A stretch of DNA of 43,828 nucleotides, taken from positions 1 through 43,828 of the IMG/VR virus record IMGVR_UViG_3300048914_000068; one strand, written 5' to 3'. The position numbers and the translations under genes were made by a program. Under the pieces are notes generated by a model, which searched no databases, was not told the origin of the DNA, and saw nothing but the letters and a program-made list of their open reading frames with translations. Below, piece after piece: positions 16,657 through 22,820 of the stretch. This DNA is from a virus. Within the stretch, counting starts at the first letter, position 1; every line of letters starts with the position of its first letter.

Positions 16657-17229
16657 TTACCCCGCCAAGTTATCCTCTTCTTCCTCATCCACGCCAAGAT
16701 CGTCAAAGTCATCCGGCGAGGCGGGAGCGCCACCGCCGAAGGCGTCGCCGTCTTTCACGAACTGCACACCTTTGAGTGAAGCGCTGATGCCGTTGCCTGA
16801 GTTGTCGTAGGCGAAGAACTCAATGGTTGCGTTCACATAGCAGCCGGCGTAAGGCCTACCATCGGCGGAGTCGAGCGGGTCTTTGTTGCGGTCGATGATG
16901 AGCGGGCGGGCCTTGTTGCCTGCTGTAAGGGCCATCATGCCGGCGTAACCGTCATAGTCCTTGGAGTCCCCGTCCTGAAAGCAGAACTTGTTGGGGTTGT
17001 TGCGGATGGATTTGAGGATGGCATCGGCCTTCTTGCCCCACTTCTCCTCGGCGGTCGCCTTAATAGCGGCCTCGATCTTGGCGTTTTGTTCCTTGTCGTT
17101 CTGGTTGACCAGGAAGGTCGCCTTGTGCTTCGGTTCGTCGCCGGGCTTGAATGCACGGGGGGTGAACAGGTCCGGGAAGGACAGGCGAACCTCCTTAAGC
17201 TTAACGGCTTTTGGGTTGTCTTTACTCAT
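16657..17229 (-). CDS. DUF2815-type single-stranded DNA-binding protein with acidic C-terminal tail (190 aa)
   Basis: Start at ATG 17229 (MSKDNPKAVKLKEVRLSFPDLF). Pattern VRLSF..LF, YAGCYVNATIEFFAYD, LKGVQFVKDGDAFGG. Tail reads DDFDDLGVDEEEEDNLAG. Confidence 0.7.
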   Translation of the reverse strand: MSKDNPKAVKLKEVRLSFPDLFTPRAFKPGDEPKHKATFLVNQNDKEQNAKIEAAIKATAEEKWGKKADAILKSIRNNPNKFCFQDGDSKDYDGYAGMMALTAGNKARPLIIDRNKDPLDSADGRPYAGCYVNATIEFFAYDNSGNGISASLKGVQFVKDGDAFGGGAPASPDDFDDLGVDEEEEDNLAG

Positions 17230-17236
17230 GTTTTCA

Positions 17237-17419
17237 TTACTCCTTATCAAAGTTAAACAGCTCTGGGTACACCAGTCTTGCGGTTTGTGTCGCCGTCGCA
17301 ATCGCCCGCCGTCGCTCGAAGTCATCCGGTATCTTCGCCGCTGCCACGAGTGCATCGCGGATCCTTGGGGGGAGTAACTCCGACATAGTAGGGCGCGGGG
17401 TGGGTAATTGTTTCGGCAT
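17237..17419 (-). CDS. Hypothetical protein (60 aa; MPKQLPTPRPT...)
   Basis: ATG 17419 preceded by GAGGAGAAACGTT. The track form adds 14 N-terminal residues overlapping the upstream gene. Confidence 0.5.
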   Translation of the reverse strand: MPKQLPTPRPTMSELLPPRIRDALVAAAKIPDDFERRRAIATATQTARLVYPELFNFDKE

Positions 17420-17435
17420 AACGTTTCTCCTCTTT

Positions 17436-18782
17436 TTAGCCTGCGAGGTCTTCCCCCTCATCGACTACGTCAAAGTCATCCGCCACCGGTGTGATCACCA
17501 ACGCGGGGCGCTTGTCGGATTCCGGTGCGACAGACGGGCTGCCGTCCGCTTGCCGAATCTCTTCTTTCAGCTTCAGCCATTGCTTGTGCCCGATGACCGT
17601 TGCCTCCTGCCCAAGCTTAAGATTGCCGTCCTTGTCGTACTTCGGCGCCAGCTTCTCGGCGGAGGTCGGACTGATGAGCTTGAAGTCGTACATATCCTCA
17701 CGTTTCAAGCGCATCGACTTCATGAGGGCTTCGACAGCGGATTCACTGCCCCATTGACGGCTGCCCTTCCTGCCCTTCACCAGCTTGTAGCCGGGCACGG
17801 GGGTGCCGGCTAGCAGACGACGCTCAACCTCGGCGCGCACAGCCTTGCACCAATCCTCGATCAGGTCGACGGCGGCCATCTTGGTGCCGAGAATTGCAGC
17901 GTCCGCACTGGGTACGGCTTCCTCGACGATGTGCTTTATCTCGTCCAAGTCCTCAAACTCCGCACCGACATCCTCCTCCACCTTCTGCGCCAGCTTCGGG
18001 CACGTCGCCCGTGCGTCACAGAAGGTCGTGCGGCAGTGCTCGCCCGGTGTGAGGTACGAGTAATCCGGGCCGTTCTTCCAGTTGTCGTAGAACTTCATGA
18101 CGTGATGCACTTGCTTGGCGCTCTTCAAGGCCTCGGCTTCGAACTCCCGAATCTCGCTGATGTCGATCTCCCAGTCGCTCGGCTCGAACTTGATGCGCGG
18201 TTGGTGGACGGTCAGGCAGGCACGGGTGAAGTTGTAAAGCAGATCGAGGTTGCGCAGCGCTCCACTGCCATACATCAGCAGCTGGGGGTTTTCTTCAACC
18301 TCGACCTCCACGCCTCTACCGAACTTCGCGTCGATCAAGTCCAACATGGCCGTATCGTCTTCCCACACCGAGACGATCACCACGTCACCGGTGCCTGTAG
18401 CATCCTCCTCCCCGGTCATGTGGTCGATCGGCAGCGGCTGCTCGACCAGCAGCTCGACCGACACCGCGCCTTCGAGCTTGCGCTGCTCGACACGGGCTCG
18501 CACCATGTCGACATAGACTTGCACGTACTCGGCCATGTCGTCCGTGACTTCCATCGAGTAGAAACGTGGCGTGAATTCGGCTTTGTCGACGTAGAGCAGG
18601 GCTTGACTGCCGGGGCACGTCATCCAACGCTTGGCGCCCGAGGGGGACAGCTTGGCGTGCTCGTAGTCCTCGGCTTCCAGCAATCGACCGATGTAGGCAG
18701 AGGCATCCGTGCCTTCGGCCAGGCACATCGCAGCAAGCTGATGCGCGATGGTGCCCTCGTCGGCGTATTTAGTGCTGGACAT
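17436..18782 (-). CDS. DUF2800-type PD-(D/E)xK (Cas4-like) nuclease (448 aa)
   Basis: ATG 18782 preceded by AAGGAGGTGCCGC. Motifs HAKLSPSGAKRWMTCPGS, YADEGTIAHQLA, GTGDVVIV...LDLIDAKFGRG, NPQLLMYG. Acidic tail reads DDFDVVDEGEDLAG. Confidence 0.75.
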   Translation of the reverse strand: MSSTKYADEGTIAHQLAAMCLAEGTDASAYIGRLLEAEDYEHAKLSPSGAKRWMTCPGSQALLYVDKAEFTPRFYSMEVTDDMAEYVQVYVDMVRARVEQRKLEGAVSVELLVEQPLPIDHMTGEEDATGTGDVVIVSVWEDDTAMLDLIDAKFGRGVEVEVEENPQLLMYGSGALRNLDLLYNFTRACLTVHQPRIKFEPSDWEIDISEIREFEAEALKSAKQVHHVMKFYDNWKNGPDYSYLTPGEHCRTTFCDARATCPKLAQKVEEDVGAEFEDLDEIKHIVEEAVPSADAAILGTKMAAVDLIEDWCKAVRAEVERRLLAGTPVPGYKLVKGRKGSRQWGSESAVEALMKSMRLKREDMYDFKLISPTSAEKLAPKYDKDGNLKLGQEATVIGHKQWLKLKEEIRQADGSPSVAPESDKRPALVITPVADDFDVVDEGEDLAG

Positions 18783-18975
18783 GCGGCACCTCCTTGGACT
18801 CCTCGTAGTTGCACAGCTGCCTGTGCGCGTCCTGCAGCTGCTCAATCAGCAATTCGCGGCTCTTGGCATCCTCTAGCACACGGAAGCAGGAGACGAGGCC
18901 CGTGACCGCGGAGTCGGTCTTGATACGCACGGTCGTCGACGCGCCGATCATTGTTGCTTCGAACGCCGTACTCAT
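18769..18975 (-). CDS. Hypothetical protein (68 aa)
   Basis: Track ORF; ATGA overlap with the upstream small membrane gene. Confidence 0.5.
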   Translation of the reverse strand: MSTAFEATMIGASTTVRIKTDSAVTGLVSCFRVLEDAKSRELLIEQLQDAHRQLCNYEESKEVPHVQH

Positions 18976-19151
18976 AGTGCACCCGTGAAGTATCCGGTGG
19001 CGAAGATCAGCAGGCCAACGGCGAAGCCCATGAGCAGGTAGACACGCGCCGCAGGACTATCGGTTTTGAAGTCGTCGATGACGGCGCCCAATACCATCAG
19101 GATGAACGAGAGCGCCAACGCCACTACCGCAGCAGGGATGATGAGGATCAT
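18972..19151 (-). CDS. 59-aa two-TM membrane protein MILIIPAAVVALALSFILMVLGAVIDDFKTDSPAARVYLLMGFAVGLLIFATGYFTGAL (not in ORF track)
   Basis: Hand-translated 60-codon ORF filling the gap between two track ORFs, with ATGA overlaps at both ends. Confidence 0.55.
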   Translation of the reverse strand: MILIIPAAVVALALSFILMVLGAVIDDFKTDSPAARVYLLMGFAVGLLIFATGYFTGAL

Positions 19152-19552
19152 TTGAGCAGCTCCTCCGCCTCGCGGCAGAAGGCGCTGATCTGTTCGGGCT
19201 TGAGCTTGGCGGTCTGCTCCACACCGAACTTCTTCAGCAACGCGACGATTTCGTTACGCTTCCCCGCCTTAACAGAGTCGGTCGTCAACCTCTTCGCTTC
19301 GTCAAGCGTGTAATCCTTATCGCCACTTGATTCGCCAGTACCGGATGGTGCACTTGACTCGGAGTCGCTCGTGGTGCCAGTAGATGGTGCTGACACCTTC
19401 TCCTGCTTTGGGGCTTCCGCCTTTTCCGTCTCGGGCTTCGGGGGCTCTGGATTCTCTCTCACCGGCCTATCTTGCGCGATGCGCAAATCCAGAGCGTGCA
19501 CCACCGCGCTCAGCTGCTCAACGTTGTGGATCGTGATGGTCATCGGGAACAT
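19148..19552 (-). CDS. Hypothetical protein (134 aa) with Pro/Glu/Lys/Ser-rich linker; first gene behind promoter P_C
   Basis: Track ORF; AAGGAG box upstream of ATG 19552. Confidence 0.6.
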   Translation of the reverse strand: MFPMTITIHNVEQLSAVVHALDLRIAQDRPVRENPEPPKPETEKAEAPKQEKVSAPSTGTTSDSESSAPSGTGESSGDKDYTLDEAKRLTTDSVKAGKRNEIVALLKKFGVEQTAKLKPEQISAFCREAEELLK

Positions 19553-19599
19553 GTTTGCAATTTCTCCTTGGTTGAGGTTGTTGGCGCTTCTGTGACTTC

Positions 19600-19628
19600 A
19601 ATGTAGCAAACGCTAAAAAGGAGGTCAA
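19600..19628 (-). promoter_or_regulatory. Early/middle promoter P_C: TTGACC-17 nt-TACATT (- strand) with TAGCAAACGCTA box
   Basis: - strand reads TTGACCTCCTTTTTAGCGTTTGCTACATT, the third near-identical copy. Confidence 0.65.
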
Positions 19629-19660
19629 GGGGTGTAGTGAAAAATAAATGTATTGGCCAA

Positions 19661-19684
19661 CAAAAAGCCGCCCGAAGGCGGCGG
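19661..19684 (-). terminator. Rho-independent terminator of the regulator/micro-gene transcription unit
   Basis: - strand RNA GCCGCC-UUCG-GGCGGC followed by UUUUUG, 18 nt downstream of the XRE gene stop and just upstream of P_C. Confidence 0.7.
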
Positions 19685-19701
19685 TTTAGTAGTCCTGGGG
19701 C

Positions 19702-19899
19702 CTACCGGCGGAGCCCCTTCTTCAGATTGAAGAGCTCAAACAGTGCGGGGCGCATCTGGCGGTGGTTGACCGTGCCTTGCTCTGCTTCCCAGTTTTGCCA
19801 AGTTCGTTCTGACACGCCGAGTAAGTCAGCGGCTTCCGCTTGGGTCAGTCCGCAGGCGCCACGTGCGGCTTTGATCTCTGTTGGGGTAGGTGGTTTCAT
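19702..19899 (-). CDS. XRE-family helix-turn-helix protein (65 aa)
   Basis: GLTQAEAADLLGVSERTWQNWE is a classic HTH_3-type motif. Confidence 0.7.
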   Translation of the reverse strand: MKPPTPTEIKAARGACGLTQAEAADLLGVSERTWQNWEAEQGTVNHRQMRPALFELFNLKKGLRR

Positions 19900-19905
19900 T
19901 TCTAT

Positions 19906-20070
19906 TCAGACGTTGCGCAGCACTCTGCCTAAGCGAATCACGCGATTCACAAGAACGCGCACAGTTGCCGGGTCGTTCAGTATCATCGCATTATGATCAA
20001 GATGCGGCACGAAGCGAAGAACAGACAGTTGCAACATTGCGTCGTCGCGCGCGGCTTTGATGGTGTCCAT
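19906..20070 (-). CDS. Micro-gene, 54 aa (MDTIKAARDDAMLQLSVLRFVPHLDHNAMILNDPATVRVLVNRVIRLGRVLRNV); not in ORF track
   Basis: Hand-translated; AAGGATGGGG box upstream of ATG 20070; tightly packed with its neighbours. Confidence 0.45.
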   Translation of the reverse strand: MDTIKAARDDAMLQLSVLRFVPHLDHNAMILNDPATVRVLVNRVIRLGRVLRNV

Positions 20071-20071
20071 G

Positions 20072-20236
20072 CTATACCCCATCCTTCGTTTGCGCGTTTA
20101 ATTCTTGCAGATATTGCAGCGTTGGGATTGCTTCGTACTTCACAGTATTAAGCGCAGCGACCTTATGTCCGTCGAATGTTTCCATGATCGCTTGTTTTGT
20201 TGTTTTGTCTCTTATAACCCAAGATGTGATTTTCAT
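20072..20236 (-). CDS. Micro-gene, 54 aa (MKITSWVIRDKTTKQAIMETFDGHKVAALNTVKYEAIPTLQYLQELNAQTKDGV); not in ORF track
   Basis: Hand-translated; AGGGGA box 5 nt upstream of ATG 20236; AT-rich. Confidence 0.45.
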   Translation of the reverse strand: MKITSWVIRDKTTKQAIMETFDGHKVAALNTVKYEAIPTLQYLQELNAQTKDGV

Positions 20237-20247
20237 TTTATCCCCTA

Positions 20248-20379
20248 TTATTTGTTTGGCGACCAGCGGACGAACAACGTGCCGTCTTCCCGAGATTCTA
20301 AAACGTCAAGCTTGCGACGATTAGCGAAGCGCACTGCTTGGATTAAAGACCTGAATTCTGTTCCGCCGACTTTGAACAT
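20248..20379 (-). CDS. Micro-gene, 43 aa (MFKVGGTEFRSLIQAVRFANRRKLDVLESREDGTLFVRWSPNK); not in ORF track
   Basis: Hand-translated; start context GGGAGAAACGAAATG is identical to that of the next micro-gene. Confidence 0.4.
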   Translation of the reverse strand: MFKVGGTEFRSLIQAVRFANRRKLDVLESREDGTLFVRWSPNK

Positions 20380-20404
20380 TTCGTTTCTCCCTTCGCCTGG
20401 TTCG

Positions 20405-20548
20405 TTAGTCGGCTCTTACGAGCGTCGCCTTTACTGCAGAAGGATTTCCGTACATTCTCGCGAAACTTACAGCGTCGCTTTCATTTTCTGCGACTTGATA
20501 GCAAAGATGGCGATTTTTGCGGTCTGTGATTTCGTAGATGTTTTTCAT
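20405..20548 (-). CDS. Micro-gene, 47 aa (MKNIYEITDRKNRHLCYQVAENESDAVSFARMYGNPSAVKATLVRAD)
   Basis: Internal ATG 20548 of track ORF 20405..20629, preceded by GGGAGAAACGAA. Confidence 0.45.
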   Translation of the reverse strand: MKNIYEITDRKNRHLCYQVAENESDAVSFARMYGNPSAVKATLVRAD

Positions 20549-20581
20549 TTCGTTTCTCCCGGTTGTTCGCTGCATGACTGC

Positions 20582-20609
20582 AGAATAGCACACATTGAGT
20601 GGGTTGCAA
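20582..20609 (-). promoter_or_regulatory. Possible sigma70-type promoter TTGCAA-16 nt-TATTCT for the micro-gene cluster
   Basis: Hexamers read on the - strand between the regulator stop (20626) and ATG 20548. Single occurrence with no conservation support. Confidence 0.3.
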
Positions 20610-20625
20610 GAACTATTTTTGCGGT

Positions 20626-21096
20626 TCAACTTTTCACAAGTTTGATCAGCCGGGCGATGTAGTCGTCGTCGACCCCCTCGCGCTCAAGCGCATGCGCGTA
20701 CGCCAGGCTCACTATCTCAGCCGTGCGTGCGTGAGGCAGTTGAACGCCTTGCGCATGGAGCGCGGACGCCACTGCGGCCACGACCTGATTGATCAACGAG
20801 GCGGACGAAGGCCCAGAGGGGACTACGTCCATCCACCCCTGTGGCAGCTTCATCGTTTTCTCGATGTAGCGCGCCGTCTTCTCTGAAACAGGTTTGCCCC
20901 CTTGCGCGATCGGCCGGATCATCTGCGACAAGTAGGAAGGCCCACCATACTTCAATTTTTTCGCCAAGGCACTGGGGCCGCCCCAACGGCCTATTAGCGT
21001 GCGCAAGTTACTCTTGCGGATGGTTTGTGAATCCAACATCAACGACCTTTTTACAGAAGTGCGGCGTTCGCTAAAGCCCATTCCCTTGTTTGTCAT
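20626..21096 (-). CDS. CI-like HTH regulator with extra C-terminal domain (156 aa)
   Basis: NLRTLIGRWGGPSALAKKL...PSYLSQMIRP...EKTARYIEKTMKLPQGWMD resembles phage CI-repressor N-terminal domains. Divergent from a paralogous HTH gene. No S24 peptidase motif. Confidence 0.6.
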   Translation of the reverse strand: MTNKGMGFSERRTSVKRSLMLDSQTIRKSNLRTLIGRWGGPSALAKKLKYGGPSYLSQMIRPIAQGGKPVSEKTARYIEKTMKLPQGWMDVVPSGPSSASLINQVVAAVASALHAQGVQLPHARTAEIVSLAYAHALEREGVDDDYIARLIKLVKS

Positions 21097-21190
21097 CGTC
21101 TTCTCCTCAAAAATTGCTTTTCATAGTGCGACTAGCGCCGTCTGCTTAAGCTGAGATAAGTCAAACGACCCGAAAGTTCTTGAAGCGGTG

Positions 21191-21219
21191 TTGAGCAAAC
21201 GCTACACTTCGTTTAGCTA
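21191..21219. promoter_or_regulatory. Operator-like site D in the divergent regulator spacer: AGCAAACGCTA plus inverted CGTTTAGCT
   Basis: Shares GTAGCGTTTGCT (- strand) with the spacer of P_A/P_B/P_C, but the TACATT hexamer is replaced. A possible weak + strand promoter TTGAGC-17-TAGCTA overlaps it. Confidence 0.45.
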
Positions 21220-21237
21220 ATTGGACGAAGGAAAGAC

Positions 21238-21513
21238 ATGACATTTAAGCAACGTAGAAAGGGGGCCACTCCCGCGGGCGTGTTGCATTCGCTACACAAT
21301 CTTCGGTGCAAGAACCTGCTGTCGCTAGTCGGTGAAGGCAAGCGCTTTGCATCCCAAAACGATCTCGCCAAGGCGCTGGACCTTGCTAGCGGTTCATACC
21401 TCTCACAAATGGTCGGCCCGGCACCCCGCCGCCGCTTCACGGAGGTGGCGGCGCGGCGGTTCGAATGCCGTTTGAAACTCCCTGTGGGCTGGTTAGACAC
21501 GCAACAGGGGTGA
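21238..21513 (+). CDS. Small HTH regulator (91 aa), paralogue of the N-terminal domain of 20626..21096 (Cro position)
   Basis: NLLSLVGEGKRFASQNDLAKAL...GSYLSQMVGP...EVAARRFECRLKLPVGWLD. GAAGGAAAG box before the ATG. Confidence 0.6.
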   Translation: MTFKQRRKGATPAGVLHSLHNLRCKNLLSLVGEGKRFASQNDLAKALDLASGSYLSQMVGPAPRRRFTEVAARRFECRLKLPVGWLDTQQG

Positions 21514-21516
21514 GCC

Positions 21517-22086
21517 ATGGCCGCTCACGATACGCGGCGCAAGGTTGCCGCCCTCATGCCGCTGGTCGAGCGCATGCATCGCGGCCATTGCTGGGTCAAG
21601 ACGCCGAACGGGCCACGACACATCCGCGACGAGTTCACCGAATTCATGCTGGCGGAGCATTGCGCCGGGCGGAAGGCTTATGGGCTCTGCCCGATCGCGC
21701 CAGGCGAAAGCACGTGCCGGGTGGCCTGTCTGGACTTCGACAGCCACGGGGGAGAGACGCCGTGGACGACGATGATCGAGAAGGCGCGCGATGTCGCCTT
21801 CGCGCTGGGGCAAGACGGCTACACGCCACATCTGTTCCGGTCGAGCGGCGGGCGCGGCATCCATCTGTACTTGCTCTGGAACGAGCCGCAAGACGCCTAC
21901 AGCGTGCGCACGATGCTGTGCACGGTGCTGGAGTCAATGGGCCTGAAGAGCGGTACGGGCGGGGTGGCGAAGGGGCAGGTGGAGGTCTTTCCGAAGCAGG
22001 ACAGCGTCGCGCTTGGTTCTTATGGCTCCATGTTTATTTTACCGGGCAGTGGTGAAAGTGAGTTTTTAGGAGAAGAAAAAGAATGA
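21517..22086 (+). CDS. Archaeo-eukaryotic primase (AEP / prim-pol) catalytic domain protein (189 aa)
   Basis: Motif I ACLDFDSH, motif II SSGGRGIHLYLLW, motif III-like VEVFPKQD. Confidence 0.7.
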   Translation: MAAHDTRRKVAALMPLVERMHRGHCWVKTPNGPRHIRDEFTEFMLAEHCAGRKAYGLCPIAPGESTCRVACLDFDSHGGETPWTTMIEKARDVAFALGQDGYTPHLFRSSGGRGIHLYLLWNEPQDAYSVRTMLCTVLESMGLKSGTGGVAKGQVEVFPKQDSVALGSYGSMFILPGSGESEFLGEEKE

Positions 22087-22820
22087 CGACACCGAAACAC
22101 ATCATCGGTTTATCGGGAGGCAAGGACAGCACGGCGATGGCGCTACGGCTGGCTGAGATCGAGCCGCGCGACTACGAGTACATCGCAACGATGACGGGCA
22201 ACGAACTTCCTGCCATGCAGGCGCATCGCGCGAAGCTCGAACAGTTGCTCGGTAAGCCGATCCTCGACGTCGGTCTGCCTGGCCTCGCCACTGGTGACGG
22301 TCTGCTCGACTTGATCGAGGCCATGGGGATGTTGCCCAACTTCCGGGCACGCTGGTGCACCCGCATCCTCAAGATCGAACCGACGATCGAGTATATGGAA
22401 AGCCTACCGCCCGGCTCGGTGCTCTATGTCGGGCTGCGCGCCGACGAGGAGGAGCGCCGAGGCATCTACGGCGAGGACATCGAGATCGACTTCCCTATGC
22501 GCCGATGGGGGTGGGGTGAATCGGATGTGTGGCGCTACCTTCAGCAGCGCGGGGTCACTATCCCGAACCGCTCAGATTGCGCTTGGTGCTACGGTCAACG
22601 GCTAGGAGAGTGGTACGCCTTATGGAAGAAGCACCCGGACATATACGAACAAGGCGTTCAAGTTGAAAAGCGGCACGGTCACACATTTCGTTCGCCGCGG
22701 CGCGACAGTTGGCCGGCGGCGTTGACCGATCTGCGTGAGGCATTCATCACGCGCGGGGCGCCACGCGGCGCAGAAGCCGCGATGCGAGAGGACGGCGCTT
22801 GCCGCGTGTGTTCGCTATGA
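22083..22820 (+). CDS. PAPS-reductase / PP-loop ATP-pyrophosphatase family protein (245 aa)
   Basis: PP-loop GLSGGKDST at residues 9-17; RWCTRILKIEP; C-terminal CRVC. ATGA overlaps on both sides. Confidence 0.8.
   Translation: MTTPKHIIGLSGGKDSTAMALRLAEIEPRDYEYIATMTGNELPAMQAHRAKLEQLLGKPILDVGLPGLATGDGLLDLIEAMGMLPNFRARWCTRILKIEPTIEYMESLPPGSVLYVGLRADEEERRGIYGEDIEIDFPMRRWGWGESDVWRYLQQRGVTIPNRSDCAWCYGQRLGEWYALWKKHPDIYEQGVQVEKRHGHTFRSPRRDSWPAALTDLREAFITRGAPRGAEAAMREDGACRVCSL

Noticed and set aside
17436-18782. Apparent permutation of N-terminal motifs in the DUF2800-type nuclease (YADEGTIAH precedes HAKLSPSGAKRWMTCPGS, the reverse of the order I recall).
   Set aside because: This rests only on my memory of the family consensus and cannot be verified without an alignment, so it is not reported as a finding.
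21136-21164. TTGACT at 21159-21164 (- strand) as the -35 of a fourth member of the P_A/B/C promoter family, driving the CI-like gene.
   Set aside because: The position 17 nt downstream reads ACGGCG, not a -10, and the conserved spacer box is absent. An alternative TTAAGC-18-TATGAA is too weak to call.
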